A DNA stretch of 54,025 nt from an uncultured Spirochaetia bacterium (lineage in GTDB: Bacteria > Oederibacteriota > PGYV01 > CAYTNY01), in contig CAYTNY010000003.1 of NCBI GenBank assembly GCA_964439215.1, forward strand, positions 1 through 54,025, written 5' to 3'. The position numbers and the translations under genes were made by a program. The first letter of the stretch is position 1, and each line of letters opens with the position of its first letter. The notes beneath the pieces are model-generated. The model made no database searches. It was not told where the DNA came from and worked only from the letters and a program-made list of their open reading frames with translations. Shown here one piece after another: positions 31,419 through 42,731 of this stretch.

Positions 31419-32007
31419 AGTAAAAAAAGCCGCAATTTTCGGAGGAACATTTAATCCGCCTCACATAGGGCATTTTATGCTTGCCAAAGAAGCAATGAAA
31501 AAACACGGACTTGATAAAGTATTTTTTGTGCCGTCGTTTCTTCCGCCTCATAAAAACGGTATTGATGTTATAAAAGCAGCTCACCGGGAAGAAATGGTGA
31601 AAAGGATCATATCCGGAGAACCTTCGTTTTTAATATCAGAATATGAATTAAATAGAAAAACAGTGTCATATACCATAGATACGGTGAGATTTTTTATGAC
31701 GGAGTTTCCGGATACTGAATTTTATTATCTGATGGGTTCGGATGCTTTTTACGGCATCAAAACATGGAAAGAATCAGAAAAACTTATCAGGCTGATGAAA
31801 TTTATTGTTTATAAAAGGCAGGAATTTCCCAAAGAAAAAGTAATTAAAGCAGTGCCCGAAGCAGTATCAATGCTGTGGATGGATAATGAACTTATTAATA
31901 TTTCATCAAGCGATATCAGAAAAAGAATACGCAGCGGCGAAAACATGCAGGAAGAAACAGGGAAGAAAGTCTGGGAATATATAGAGGAAAAAGGGCTTTA
32001 CCGCTGA
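31411..32007 (+). CDS. nadD: Nicotinate-nucleotide adenylyltransferase
   Basis: GGTFNPPHIGH, PPHK, SYTIDT, ISSSDIR. Confidence 0.96.
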   Translation: MDKVKKAAIFGGTFNPPHIGHFMLAKEAMKKHGLDKVFFVPSFLPPHKNGIDVIKAAHREEMVKRIISGEPSFLISEYELNRKTVSYTIDTVRFFMTEFPDTEFYYLMGSDAFYGIKTWKESEKLIRLMKFIVYKRQEFPKEKVIKAVPEAVSMLWMDNELINISSSDIRKRIRSGENMQEETGKKVWEYIEEKGLYR

Positions 32008-32040
32008 AATGTTTTATAAAGCAAAAAAGCAGGAGAATAA

Positions 32041-32790
32041 ATGAAAAGGCTGTTTTATAAAAAAATTATACTGTTGGCTGTTATTATTGTTTTTATTCCA
32101 AATGCAAATGCGCAGGAAACGGTTTTTGACCGGATATTTTTTGAAGGTTTTGCGGATATGGGAAGTATTATGGCGGATAATCCCGCTTCAACAGCAATAA
32201 CTGTATCAGGGATTGCTCTTATTTCTTATGGTATAATGAAAAATGACAAATGGATGCTTGAAAGCATACAGGGGCTTGAAAATGATTTCTGGAAAAATAC
32301 ATTTGAATGCGCAAATTATTTCGGGGACGGGATATTTGTGCTGGCCGCAAATTCTTTTTTCTTTCTCGGCGGTGAAAAAGAAAAAGATACAGCTGAAAAA
32401 GTTATTGAGGCAATAGCCATAGCCGGAACAGTAGCCTATGGCATAAAAATGACAGCCGGAAGGAGCCGGCCGTCTGTTGCGGATAATCCGTATATATATA
32501 ATCTTTTTACGTTTGATGATATGTCCATGCCGTCGGGGCATACGGCGGTTGCTTTTGCCTGGGCATCTGTAGTGGGCGATCAGTATGATATAGGACATAT
32601 AACATATCCGGCCGCGGCGCTTGTCGGCCTGGCAAGGGTTTATAAGAACAAACACTGGCTTTCTGATGTGCTTATAGGGGCGGCAATAGGTACTTTAGCC
32701 GGAAAGACAGCGGCAGAGCGTCCGGAAATAGATATACAGGGTGGTATTTATGAAGGCAACGCAAACCTTATGCTCAGCTGGAAATATTAA
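32041..32790 (+). CDS. PAP2-family phosphatase with signal peptide
   Basis: KMTAGRSRP, PSGH, ARVYKNKHWLSDV. Confidence 0.9.
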   Translation: MKRLFYKKIILLAVIIVFIPNANAQETVFDRIFFEGFADMGSIMADNPASTAITVSGIALISYGIMKNDKWMLESIQGLENDFWKNTFECANYFGDGIFVLAANSFFFLGGEKEKDTAEKVIEAIAIAGTVAYGIKMTAGRSRPSVADNPYIYNLFTFDDMSMPSGHTAVAFAWASVVGDQYDIGHITYPAAALVGLARVYKNKHWLSDVLIGAAIGTLAGKTAAERPEIDIQGGIYEGNANLMLSWKY

Positions 32791-32814
32791 AATTTTTAAG
32801 AACAGGCGGAGAAA

Positions 32815-34221
32815 ATGTATTTCAGTAAAAAAATAAAAAGAAAGAAAAAAATACCTGCCGCAGTAAAAACAGCAATGGCTGTTTTTATTTTTGTACTGGG
32901 TTTATTTCCCGGCGCAGGCGCGGCGGAAAATGAAAAACAGACAGTTTATGACAGGCCCACAACTCTTACATATCCTTCTTTCTGGCATACACCGTTTGGA
33001 ATAAACAGGGGCACGGCATTCTGGCTGAAAGTTTTTCTGGGCAATAAAACTTTTTTTTCAAATCCGCAGGATGTTGATGTAACAAAATTAAAAGTTGATT
33101 ACGGAAAAATAAATGAGGGAAAAGATGACTGGCAGCTTACGGCTTATGGGGTTAATTCCGGAAGATCAGAAATAATTTATAATAAATCAATGCATTCGCT
33201 TGATGTTTTCGGAAAAGAAGGGAGCGGTGACGGAGAATTTATGTTTCCTGTGGGCATTGCCTGCAACGAAGACGGTGATATATATGTGGCGGATACGGGA
33301 AATCACAGGATTGTCAGGCTTTTTAATACGGGAAAAGAAATCCGTTTTATAAGAAATTTGGGAAGCAAAGGAAATAAAAAAGGATGTTTTCTTTCCCCGC
33401 GCTATGTGGATATTGATTCTGCCGGAAATCTGTATGTATCCGATACCGGGAACAACAGAATACAGATTTTTTCAAGGTCAGGCGGATTTATCCGGCATAT
33501 CGGGCCGGATAAAGGCATTTCAAATCCTCAGGGAATATGTGTTGTTGACAGAGGTGAAAGGTATAATGGTTATAAACAGGATTTTATTTATTTAATAGAC
33601 GGAAATAACAATAGAATACAGAAGTTTGATTTTAAAGGAAATCTTGTAAGGGCCGTAAGGATCGAAGAGGTGCTTGGCCGCAGGGTTTACCTTACAACAT
33701 TGGATATGGATTATTACGGAAATATTTATGTTGTTGACAATATGAACTCAAAAATATATAAATTTTCTCCAAATCTGGATTTTATAACGGAATTTGGAAG
33801 TTATGGGACAAAAGAATATCAGTTTGAAAGACCGGCCGGAATAGCTATTTATAAGCATTATGGACAGGTTGTGGTGTCTGACAGGGAATCAGCGCAGTAT
33901 TTCTGGATCGGCAGCGATGTAAAGGATTTTAAAGTGAAAAAAATAGAAACAGATATTATTGATGCGGTGCAGTATGATTTTTTTCTTACGGAGAAAAGTT
34001 ATATTACGATAGAAATAGAAATTGATAAAAATGAAAAGATATATGTATGTAAAAAACTCGCGCTTGAAGCGGGCAGGAATTCAATATCCTGGCAGATACC
34101 TGCTGAATATATACTGCAGTTTATAAAAGGCAAAAAATATAATACAAATATAAGGGTAATGGCAACTTATTCGTCATATCCGCATATAGAAAAAGTTGTT
34201 TCAGGGACAATACATTTTTAA
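32815..34221 (+). CDS. Secreted NHL-repeat beta-propeller protein
   Basis: Repeated F..P.GIA....G.IYVADTGNHRI units; signal peptide. Confidence 0.88.
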   Translation: MYFSKKIKRKKKIPAAVKTAMAVFIFVLGLFPGAGAAENEKQTVYDRPTTLTYPSFWHTPFGINRGTAFWLKVFLGNKTFFSNPQDVDVTKLKVDYGKINEGKDDWQLTAYGVNSGRSEIIYNKSMHSLDVFGKEGSGDGEFMFPVGIACNEDGDIYVADTGNHRIVRLFNTGKEIRFIRNLGSKGNKKGCFLSPRYVDIDSAGNLYVSDTGNNRIQIFSRSGGFIRHIGPDKGISNPQGICVVDRGERYNGYKQDFIYLIDGNNNRIQKFDFKGNLVRAVRIEEVLGRRVYLTTLDMDYYGNIYVVDNMNSKIYKFSPNLDFITEFGSYGTKEYQFERPAGIAIYKHYGQVVVSDRESAQYFWIGSDVKDFKVKKIETDIIDAVQYDFFLTEKSYITIEIEIDKNEKIYVCKKLALEAGRNSISWQIPAEYILQFIKGKKYNTNIRVMATYSSYPHIEKVVSGTIHF

Positions 34222-34282
34222 TTAATTATGGATAAGAATAATTAATTTTAACTATATATTTTTTTAAAAAAGGAGCCGGATT

Positions 34283-34771
34283 ATGAAACGATTAATGTTT
34301 ACTGTGGTTTTTGTGTTTACAGGTATGAATCTTTTTGCTATAGGCATAGGTTACAATAATGAAGGCATTGCACTGCGGCACTGGTGGAACGTAAAAACAT
34401 TTTCAGAGTTTTCTGTATCCTGGGAAGGTAATCCCGGCGTTAAAACCGAAGAATTTTCTGAAAAAAATTATCTTAAATATACGGCAGCGCCTGTATATTA
34501 TAATATGAAAATAACGGAAAATTTAAGATATAACAGCGGTTTATTATTTGCTCAGACCATAAGACAGACGCCGGATTATGATATTTATTCAAGAGAATAT
34601 GAGGTTATACACCGTTTTACGGATCTGGAAGTAAAAATACCTTACATAAATGGTCTTTATGCAGGTTATCGGGCAGGATATAAATATGCCTGGGAAGTGG
34701 ATGCAGCAGGTGATATTATTTCATCCGGATGGTCCGTGGAACAGGGTGTTTTTGCTTTTTTGTTCTTTTAA
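34283..34771 (+). CDS. Hypothetical exported protein, possibly beta-rich outer-membrane protein
   Basis: AGGAG RBS, signal peptide, aromatic-rich strands, terminal Phe. Confidence 0.55.
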   Translation: MKRLMFTVVFVFTGMNLFAIGIGYNNEGIALRHWWNVKTFSEFSVSWEGNPGVKTEEFSEKNYLKYTAAPVYYNMKITENLRYNSGLLFAQTIRQTPDYDIYSREYEVIHRFTDLEVKIPYINGLYAGYRAGYKYAWEVDAAGDIISSGWSVEQGVFAFLFF

Positions 34772-34801
34772 ATAAAAAACAGAAATAAAAGGGAGGCAGT
34801 T

Positions 34802-35092
34802 ATGGAAAAACAGGAAGTTTCGTGGTATCAGGCTTTCAGGGCATGGTGGTATTTTACATGGAGGGCAATGCTGGCAGGTATACTGGGCGGCGGAGCCGCG
34901 GGGTTTGTAATAGGTTTTGTTATGAGGGTAATGGGTGCGTCTATGGAGATTATACAGACAGCCGCGGGTTTTGCGGGAATGGCTATAGGAATATTTGTTT
35001 CAATATTTGTTATAAAGATGCTTTTAAGCACAGAGTTTAAGACATTCAGGATAAGGATTGAAGATAAAAATACTTCAGACATAAAGTCTTAA
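34802..35092 (+). CDS. Small hypothetical 2-TM membrane protein
   Basis: GGGAGG RBS; two Gly-rich hydrophobic helices. Confidence 0.7.
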   Translation: MEKQEVSWYQAFRAWWYFTWRAMLAGILGGGAAGFVIGFVMRVMGASMEIIQTAAGFAGMAIGIFVSIFVIKMLLSTEFKTFRIRIEDKNTSDIKS

Positions 35093-35167
35093 TATAGTTA
35101 ATTAAAAGAGGAAATAATGTTTCATAAAACGAAACAATATAAAAACTATATTTTTTTATAAATTTAA

Positions 35168-35196
35168 TTGACAAACACCTATCCGGTCTGTATAAT
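35168..35196 (+). promoter_or_regulatory. Consensus sigma70 promoter of the rpsU-dnaG-rpoD operon
   Basis: TTGACA-17 nt-TATAAT, perfect. Confidence 0.85.
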
Positions 35197-35251
35197 TGTT
35201 TAAAATACGTCTGAAACTCTCAAAATTTCTCTAAGGAGTGTGATTTTTATT

Positions 35252-35440
35252 ATGGCAGAAATAATGCTGAAAGACAATGAGAGTCTTGATGAAGCAATGA
35301 AACGCTTCAAGAAAAAAGTACAGGATGCAGGTATTCTTCAGGAAATGAAAAAAAGAGAATATTATGATCCTCCGTCTGTGAAAAGAAAACAGAAGATGTG
35401 GGCAGCCAATAAAAAAAGGAAAAAGAAAAAATTAAGGTAA
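35252..35440 (+). CDS. rpsU: 30S ribosomal protein S21
   Basis: ESLDEAMKRFKK..GILQEMKKREYYDPPSVKRK. Confidence 0.95.
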   Translation: MAEIMLKDNESLDEAMKRFKKKVQDAGILQEMKKREYYDPPSVKRKQKMWAANKKRKKKKLR

Positions 35441-35444
35441 TGAA

Positions 35445-35888
35445 ATGAGTCTCCAGGAAAAAATCAACGAAGACCTCAAAACATCCTTAAAAACAAAACA
35501 GCAGGAAAAAACCGCTGCTTTGCGCCAGATAAAAAGTACTGCTAAAAATAAAGAGATCAAGCAGGGAAAACCGCTTTCAGACGAAGAGCTGGAAGCGGTT
35601 ATTTTTTCTTTGGTAAAATCACATAAGGAATCCATCAAAAGTTTTGAAAGCGGGGGGCGGCAGGATCTTGCGGAAAATGAAAAGAAAGAAATGGAAGTAC
35701 TGGAATCTTATCTTCCCAAACAGCTTTCAGACAGAGAAATAGAAGATATAGTGCGGGATGCCGTAGAGAAAACAGGCGCTTCGTCCATGAAAGAAATGGG
35801 TAAAGTAATGGGGTTTGTTATGCCGAAGGTAAAAGGAAAAGCCGACGGCAGTGCGGTAAACGAAGCGGTAAAAAAGATTTTATCCTGA
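35445..35888 (+). CDS. yqeY: GatB/YqeY domain protein
   Basis: GRQDLAENE..YLPKQLS..MGKVMG..GKADG; follows rpsU. Confidence 0.93.
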   Translation: MSLQEKINEDLKTSLKTKQQEKTAALRQIKSTAKNKEIKQGKPLSDEELEAVIFSLVKSHKESIKSFESGGRQDLAENEKKEMEVLESYLPKQLSDREIEDIVRDAVEKTGASSMKEMGKVMGFVMPKVKGKADGSAVNEAVKKILS

Positions 35889-35898
35889 AAGAACATGG

Positions 35899-36525
35899 AT
35901 GAAAAAACTCACAAAAATTTTTTTTGAAACATCAACCGCAGCGGCGGCGAAACAGCTTCTTGGAAAATATATCGTAAGACGATACAAAGGCGAAGTAATA
36001 ACCGCAAAAATCGTTGAAACAGAAGCATATACAGGAACGGACGATCCGGGGAGCCATGCCTGCAGAAAGATCACCCCGCGCAATAAAATAATGTTCGGAC
36101 CCCCGGGCGCCGCATATGTTTATTTTTGTTACGGCAGCCATTATCTTTTTAATATTGTAACGGAAAAAAAAGGAAGGCCGGGAGCTGTTTTAATAAGAGC
36201 CTGTGAACCGGTTGCGGGTATTGGATTAATGCAAAGGTTCAGGGATCAGCCGCTGAAAAATCTGACTAATGGGCCGGGGAAATTGACGCAGGCAATCGGA
36301 ATAGGAAGGATCCATAACGGGATTGATCTTTTGGGAAATGAACTGTATATTGCCGAAGGAAAAAAAGAGGAATTTGCCATAAAAAGCGGGCCGAGAATAG
36401 GAATAAAAAAGGGACTTGAAAAAAACTGGCGTTTCTGGATAAAAAACAGCGCGTATGTTTCTGTAATGGAAAAAAGAGGCAAAAACCGGATTAATACGGG
36501 TAAAAAAGCAAAGGAGTCTGCATAA
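35899..36525 (+). CDS. DNA-3-methyladenine glycosylase (MPG/AAG family)
   Basis: IVETEAY, YVYFCYGSH, AVLIRA, NGPGKL, PRIGI. Confidence 0.93.
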   Translation: MKKLTKIFFETSTAAAAKQLLGKYIVRRYKGEVITAKIVETEAYTGTDDPGSHACRKITPRNKIMFGPPGAAYVYFCYGSHYLFNIVTEKKGRPGAVLIRACEPVAGIGLMQRFRDQPLKNLTNGPGKLTQAIGIGRIHNGIDLLGNELYIAEGKKEEFAIKSGPRIGIKKGLEKNWRFWIKNSAYVSVMEKRGKNRINTGKKAKESA

Positions 36526-37481
36526 TGAAGCTCAAGCAGTTTTATAAAACAGCGGTAGAGTACGGGATAAAGAATGATCCCAGAGGCGTTAAAGAAGTAA
36601 AAGCATATCTGAAAACCGAAAATAAAAAATATGAATATATGCCTCAAAAAGAAAAAATATATTATGATAAAGAAAAACTTACCAATCCGTACGCGGATTC
36701 AAGAATACTGTATGACAACGGAAAAGAGATAAGATCTGTTCTTGTGGGTATAGATATGGAAGTAGGGGAGCTTTTGCTTGCCGACCGTCTGTCGGAAAAA
36801 GGAAAAAAAATTGACGCGGTGATAGCGCATCATCCGGAAGGTATGGCATACGCGAGATTTTATGATGTTATGGATATGCAGGCGGATATATTTAATTCAT
36901 TCGGCGTTGCAATATCCGCATCACAGGGGCTCCTTGAAAAAAGAATGAAGGAAGTCGGTGAAAAAGTTGCTGCATCAAATCATTACAGAACCGCTGACGC
37001 GGCGCGGCTGCTTGACATTCCGCTTTTGAATATGCATACTTTTGCAGACAACTGCGTAGCCTCTTATCTTCAGAAAAAAATAGATCAAAAAAATATTTTT
37101 ACGCTCGGAGATGTAATTAATATGCTTATGCAGGAGCCTGAATATAAAGAAGCGGCAAAAAGAGGAAATCCGCCCGCTGTTCTTGTAGGCGGTAAAAACA
37201 GAAAAGTCAAAAAGGCGATGGTTGATATGACAGGAGGAACATCCGGTCCAAAAGAAATATATGAAAAACTTCTGAATTCCGGGGTGGATACCGTAATTGG
37301 AATGCATTTTTCCCCCGAGCATAAAAAAGAACTGGAAAAAATAAATATGAATGTGGTTCTGGCCGGGCATATATCGTCGGATACGCTGGGTATGAATCTC
37401 ATGCTTGATGAAGTGGAAAGAAAAAACGGAAAACTTAAAATATACGAGACATCCGGGTTTAAACGGTTTGTAAGAAAATGA
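36525..37481 (+). CDS. NIF3/DUF34-like metal-binding protein
   Basis: IAHHPEG, HTFADN, GMH, AGHISSD. Confidence 0.8.
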   Translation: MKLKQFYKTAVEYGIKNDPRGVKEVKAYLKTENKKYEYMPQKEKIYYDKEKLTNPYADSRILYDNGKEIRSVLVGIDMEVGELLLADRLSEKGKKIDAVIAHHPEGMAYARFYDVMDMQADIFNSFGVAISASQGLLEKRMKEVGEKVAASNHYRTADAARLLDIPLLNMHTFADNCVASYLQKKIDQKNIFTLGDVINMLMQEPEYKEAAKRGNPPAVLVGGKNRKVKKAMVDMTGGTSGPKEIYEKLLNSGVDTVIGMHFSPEHKKELEKINMNVVLAGHISSDTLGMNLMLDEVERKNGKLKIYETSGFKRFVRK

Positions 37482-37945
37482 AAATAATTATTGACGGGGA
37501 TTCCGCGCCGTTAAAAGAGGATATAGCTGCATTGGCGGAAAAAAACGGAATAAGAATAATAATAGTAACAAGTATTGCTCATTACACAGAAAAACCCGGT
37601 ATTGGAAAAGCTGAACTCGTGCTGGTTGACAACAGGCCCCAGGAAGCGGATATAAAGATAATGAATCTTGCCGAGAAAAACGATATATGCATAACCGGAG
37701 ATTCAGGGCTTGCTCATATTCTTTCAGGCAAAGGCGTGACAATAGTCGGGCATAAAGGAGATATTTTATCCGGAGCCGATATTGAAATAAATATGGAAAG
37801 GGCCCATATCTTTAAAAAGGCTCTGCGCGGTAAAAAAAGAATGAAAATGAAGGGTCCTGCGGCCAGAACTCTGCAGGATGATGAAAAACTTGTGGAAGTT
37901 ATCGGAGAACTTATTAAAAAAGCAAAATCAGGTGAAATAATTTGA
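37478..37945 (+). CDS. YaiI/YqxD (DUF188) family protein
   Basis: IIDGDSAP, EADIKI, ITGDSGLA; directly before dnaG as in Bacillus. Confidence 0.85.
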   Translation: MKIIIDGDSAPLKEDIAALAEKNGIRIIIVTSIAHYTEKPGIGKAELVLVDNRPQEADIKIMNLAEKNDICITGDSGLAHILSGKGVTIVGHKGDILSGADIEINMERAHIFKKALRGKKRMKMKGPAARTLQDDEKLVEVIGELIKKAKSGEII

Positions 37946-39753
37946 TCTCACCGGAAAAAATAGAAGAAATAAAAAATGCGGTTGATATAGTTGATCTTAT
38001 ATCTGAATATCTGGAGCTGAAAAAAACAGGAAGCAATATGAAAGGGCTGTGTCCTTTTCATCAGGAAAAGACACCATCGTTTGTAGTGAGCCCCGAAAAA
38101 CAGATTTTTAACTGTTTTGGATGCGGAGCAGGCGGCAATGTTTTTTCTTTTCTTCAAAAGCACGAAGGCATGACCTTTGTGGAGAGTGTAAGGTTTCTTG
38201 CGGGAAAAGCAGGTATAGAGCTTAATTATGCGCCTGCTGACAAATCGAAATTTGATGAACGGGAAAAAATACTTGCGGTTAACCGCGATGCGCTTAAGTT
38301 TTTCCGCCGGATGCTTGAAAAAAATACTGCAGCAGAAGAATATGTAAAACAAAGAGGCATAACGCCGGAAACAGCCGAAATATTTAAAATAGGATATGCA
38401 CCCCGCGGAAACGGGCTCTATGGTTTTTTGAAAGAAAAGGGACACAAGGATGATGATATTATAAGGTCCTGGCTGTGCGCGAAGAATGAGAGAGGCGCTT
38501 ATGATATATTCCGGAACAGGCTGATTTTTCCTATTTTGAACGTAAACGGAGAGCCGGTTGCATTCGGTGCGAGAGTCCTGGATGATTCAGTTCCGAAATA
38601 TATAAATACAAAAGAAACGGCTTTATATGTAAAAGGAAGAAATGTTTACAACCTTTATAATGCAAGACGTGAAAAAGACGGTTTTGTGATCATTACAGAA
38701 GGTTATATGGATACTATTGCTTTGTGCAGCAGGGGTATAAAAAATACTGCCGCATCGCTGGGAACGGCAATGACAAATGATCAGGCAAAACTGATAAAAC
38801 GGTTCTTTGAAAAAGCAGTGATTATGTATGATTCCGATGCCGCGGGCATTGCGGGCGCCAAAAGAGCAGGTGCAATATGCTTTGAAAACGGCATTGACTG
38901 CCGTGTCGCGGTTCTTGATGCTGCAAAGGATCCGGATGAATACATAGAAAAATTCGGAGTTAAAAGATTTAAAGACGAGATAAAAAAAGCGCTGCCGTTT
39001 ACGGAGTTTTTTCTGGAAGAACTTAAAAACGCAGGTGATATCAAAAATCCCCATTATAAGGAAAAAGCAGTAAAAGAAGCGGCCGGAGTAATAGGAAAAG
39101 CTCCCGGACTTGTTATTATAAATGATGCAGTGAAAAAAACCGCGGAGATTTTCAGAATTTCAGAGGATGTGGTGCGCAGTTATATGAAGCTTAAAAACGG
39201 CGCTGTTTCGGATCTTCCGGGAGCTATTGATGAGTATAACAGATTTTCGGAAAAAGGAAGAGAACTTGCCGAAAAAATAATACTTAATATAACAATAAGT
39301 TCGCTGAATAAAGATGAAGGTGCGCTGGTTTTAAGGCATATATTCAGCAGGCGGAATCTTATGGAAATAAGTTATGATGATTTTAAAAATCCGCTTTATG
39401 CGGAAATAATAAAGAAAACAGAAACATATTTTCGTGAAAAAACCGGGAATATACTTGAAAAACTGCAGTCAGAATATATTGACAATGAGAAAGTATCCGC
39501 GCTGATCGCGGCGGTTTTGGCTGCGGGTGAGGAAAAATACCGAAAGAAAAATATAGATGAAGAACTGATGGAAGCCGCGGATGATTGTTTTTTCAGGATA
39601 AAAAATGAAAAAACGACCGCTTCGCTTTCACAGCTGCAGCAGGAGATAACACAGGCAGAAAAAAAAGGAGATTTTGAGGAATTAAAAAAACTTATACTGC
39701 AAAAACAGATATTGCAGAAAAAAACGGCTCAGAGAGGAGAAGTAAGTGAGTAA
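37942..39753 (+). CDS. dnaG: DNA primase
   Basis: [15 protein letters not shown] Zn ribbon, [30 protein letters not shown]. Confidence 0.97.
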   Translation: MISPEKIEEIKNAVDIVDLISEYLELKKTGSNMKGLCPFHQEKTPSFVVSPEKQIFNCFGCGAGGNVFSFLQKHEGMTFVESVRFLAGKAGIELNYAPADKSKFDEREKILAVNRDALKFFRRMLEKNTAAEEYVKQRGITPETAEIFKIGYAPRGNGLYGFLKEKGHKDDDIIRSWLCAKNERGAYDIFRNRLIFPILNVNGEPVAFGARVLDDSVPKYINTKETALYVKGRNVYNLYNARREKDGFVIITEGYMDTIALCSRGIKNTAASLGTAMTNDQAKLIKRFFEKAVIMYDSDAAGIAGAKRAGAICFENGIDCRVAVLDAAKDPDEYIEKFGVKRFKDEIKKALPFTEFFLEELKNAGDIKNPHYKEKAVKEAAGVIGKAPGLVIINDAVKKTAEIFRISEDVVRSYMKLKNGAVSDLPGAIDEYNRFSEKGRELAEKIILNITISSLNKDEGALVLRHIFSRRNLMEISYDDFKNPLYAEIIKKTETYFREKTGNILEKLQSEYIDNEKVSALIAAVLAAGEEKYRKKNIDEELMEAADDCFFRIKNEKTTASLSQLQQEITQAEKKGDFEELKKLILQKQILQKKTAQRGEVSE

Positions 39754-41473
39754 AAACATGAAAAAAATGCCGGCAGTTCAGGAACTTATAAAAAAAGGAA
39801 AAGAAAAGGGTTTTTTAACTTATGAAGAGCTTAATGACAAGCTCCCCGCAGATTTTACGTCAGTGGAAGATATAGATAAAATGCTTAATATTATGGAGGA
39901 AGCTGATATTGAGATAAAAGAAGAAGGGAGTGCGGCAAGGCAGGAAATTAAAGCCGTGGAAAAAACCGAGGAAGTTGATTTTCTGGATAATGAAAGTTTT
40001 TCCGCTGATCCTGTTCAGATGTATCTGCATGAAATGGGAAAAGTTCCTCTTCTTGAAAAAAGAGAAGATGAGGTAAGGATAGCAAAAAAAATAGAAACCG
40101 CGGAAATAAACGTGAAAAACATTATTTTTGATACAAAAATAGGTTTTGATGAAATTAAAAGGCTCAATGAAGATTTAAAAAATGAGAGTGTTCATATATC
40201 GGATATAATTAAAACAAAAATGGACGGAGAACTGCCTCCTTCAGTTGAAAAAAGGCTTATTGACAGGTTCGGAAAATATATAAAGCAGGCGGATAAACTT
40301 GTAAAGGAAATAGACAGAGCCGCCGCAAAACTTAATACCGAAAAACTTTCTGAAAAGAAACGGCAGAATTATGAAAAACAGCTTGAAAGGCTTATAAAAA
40401 AGAAAAGAGACAGCCTGCATATGCTTAAACTGAATAATGATCAGATAAGCATTATCGCAAAAAAAATAACGTCGGTTTCCGCGAGAATAAGCAAAGAAGA
40501 CAGGGAAATAACAGCAGCTGAAAAAAAATACGGTCTGCCTTACAGGGAGTTTAAGAATATATCCCGGAAAAGAAATGAATTTAATAAATTTCTCAAGGCC
40601 AAACGCCTTTCAAAGGAAAAATATAAAGAAATAGTTGAAAAACTGAATACAACCGCGTCAGACATACAAAAAGAAGAAAAACTTATAGGGATGAAAAAAG
40701 AAGAGATAAAAAGTATTGCCTATAGAATTAGGAAGAACATACTGGAAGCAAGAATAACAAGAAAAGAACTTGTGGTCGCAAATTTAAGGCTGGTTGTCAG
40801 TATTGCTAAAAAATATATTAACAAAGGCCTGTCTTTTCTTGATCTTATTCAGGAAGGAAACATCGGCCTTATGCGCGCCGTTGAAAGATTTGAATACCGC
40901 AGAGGATATAAATTTTCCACATATGCTACGTGGTGGATCAGACAGGCAATAACAAGAGCGATAGCCGATCAGGCAAGAACCATAAGAATTCCCGTGCATA
41001 TGATAGAGACAATTAATAAACTCAATAAAGTAGCCAGACAGTATGTGCAGCAGTTCGGCAGAGAACCCAAACCTGAAGAAATAGCAAAAAAGATGGGTAT
41101 GAGTGCGGATAAAGTCAGAAGTGTTCTGAAAATATCACAGCATCCGATATCACTGGAAACACCTATCGGGGAGGAAAAAGATTCTCATCTGGGGGATTTT
41201 ATTGAGGATAAAGATGCCATATCGCCCGCGTCAGCCGCGGTAAATGTACTTTTAAAAGAACAGATAGAAAAGGTTTTATATACCCTGAAAGAAAGGGAAG
41301 CTGAGGTTTTAAGGCTGCGCTTTGGAATAGGAGACGGCGTGCCGCATACTCTTGAAGAGGTTGGAAAGATATTTAAAGTTACAAGGGAAAGGGTAAGGCA
41401 GATAGAGGCAAAAGCACTGAGAAAACTCAGGCATCCTGCCAGGGCAAAAAATTTAAAAGGTTTTATGGACTGA
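39746..41473 (+). CDS. rpoD: Primary sigma factor RpoD with region 1.1 and a large non-conserved region
   Basis: [50 protein letters not shown]. Confidence 0.98.
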   Translation: MSKNMKKMPAVQELIKKGKEKGFLTYEELNDKLPADFTSVEDIDKMLNIMEEADIEIKEEGSAARQEIKAVEKTEEVDFLDNESFSADPVQMYLHEMGKVPLLEKREDEVRIAKKIETAEINVKNIIFDTKIGFDEIKRLNEDLKNESVHISDIIKTKMDGELPPSVEKRLIDRFGKYIKQADKLVKEIDRAAAKLNTEKLSEKKRQNYEKQLERLIKKKRDSLHMLKLNNDQISIIAKKITSVSARISKEDREITAAEKKYGLPYREFKNISRKRNEFNKFLKAKRLSKEKYKEIVEKLNTTASDIQKEEKLIGMKKEEIKSIAYRIRKNILEARITRKELVVANLRLVVSIAKKYINKGLSFLDLIQEGNIGLMRAVERFEYRRGYKFSTYATWWIRQAITRAIADQARTIRIPVHMIETINKLNKVARQYVQQFGREPKPEEIAKKMGMSADKVRSVLKISQHPISLETPIGEEKDSHLGDFIEDKDAISPASAAVNVLLKEQIEKVLYTLKEREAEVLRLRFGIGDGVPHTLEEVGKIFKVTRERVRQIEAKALRKLRHPARAKNLKGFMD

Positions 41474-41501
41474 GCGGAGCGTTTTTTGTGAGGGAGTTTT
41501 T

Positions 41502-42551
41502 GTGAAAACAAGCAGAGACAGAATCAAAATAGGAGTGCTCAAAGCTGATAATATAGGGGACGCGGTTTTAGCGTCCCCTTTTTTTTACGGGCTCAGGCGG
41601 CATTATAAAAACGCGGAAATAACAGGCATACTGTCTCCTGCCGGCGAGCAGGTTCTCGGAGGGCTTGGGGTGATGGACAACATTGAAATTATAGAGCCGA
41701 AATGGCTGTCGTATAAAAAAACTTTCCGCATAAAAAGGATTCTTTCTGCTTTTAAAGTTATAAGGGCCATAAACAGGAATAAATTTGATATTCTAATAGG
41801 CATGCGGTATCAGGACAGGTTGACTTCCTTTATACTCTCGCTTTCAAACGCAAAAGAGAAGATAGGATACAATACCGGAGGCATGGGATTCGGGATAACC
41901 GGAAAAATGCCTCCCCCTGAAAAAGGAATCCATGAATCCCGGAAAAATATGATGCTGCTTTATAAAGTCTGCGGAAAAATGCATAAGGGGAAATTCGGAT
42001 TCAGTATTGACGCGGCTGCTGAAGAAAATGTAAAAAAGGTGCTTGCAAAAGGAAAAATAAAAAAATTTACTGTAATTCATCCTGTGTCCGGGCATGCTTC
42101 CAAGGACTGGGGTATCGGGAATTATAAAATACTGTCAAAAATACTGGCGCGCAGAGGAAAAGTCATAATAATCGGAGGAAAAAATGATCCTCGTATAAGG
42201 GAGTTTAAAGGCAGAAATATTGTGAATTTAGCGGGGATGCTTACCATAAGAGAACTTGGGGCGCTTATAAGAAAGGCGGAATTTGTAATCGGAAATGATT
42301 CCGCGGCTGTTCATATAGCCGGCGTTTTGGACATAAAATCGCTGACTCTGTTTTCAGGTGCGGCTGACCCGAAAGAATGGGCGCCGGCGGGAAAGAATTC
42401 TTTTGTCATGTACAAAAAAGTCTCCTGCAGCGGCTGCGGCCTGCTTGAATGCGATAAAAAACACGAATGCATGGATTTTGACCCGGAAGATGTTATAAAG
42501 ACCATAAGAAATATAAGAGCAGGAAGGCAGAGAAAGAAGATGATAGAGTAA
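41502..42551 (+). CDS. GT9 heptosyltransferase-like glycosyltransferase
   Basis: IGDAVLASP, KDW, GNDSAAVHIA, C-terminal CxxC..C..C. Confidence 0.88.
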   Translation: MKTSRDRIKIGVLKADNIGDAVLASPFFYGLRRHYKNAEITGILSPAGEQVLGGLGVMDNIEIIEPKWLSYKKTFRIKRILSAFKVIRAINRNKFDILIGMRYQDRLTSFILSLSNAKEKIGYNTGGMGFGITGKMPPPEKGIHESRKNMMLLYKVCGKMHKGKFGFSIDAAAEENVKKVLAKGKIKKFTVIHPVSGHASKDWGIGNYKILSKILARRGKVIIIGGKNDPRIREFKGRNIVNLAGMLTIRELGALIRKAEFVIGNDSAAVHIAGVLDIKSLTLFSGAADPKEWAPAGKNSFVMYKKVSCSGCGLLECDKKHECMDFDPEDVIKTIRNIRAGRQRKKMIE

Positions 42552-42731
42552 AGGGTGCTTGGGATATAGATTAAGTAAAAAACATATAAAATTTGTTTAT
42601 GTTTTGATTTTTGTTTCCCGGTTTATTAATTTTTTTATCTCTGGTGTTGTTTTTTAGGGGATAAATTCATTCTTATTTTATTCTTTGCTTTATGCTAAAA
42701 TACTTTAACTTATTTATTATCAGGGAGTGTT

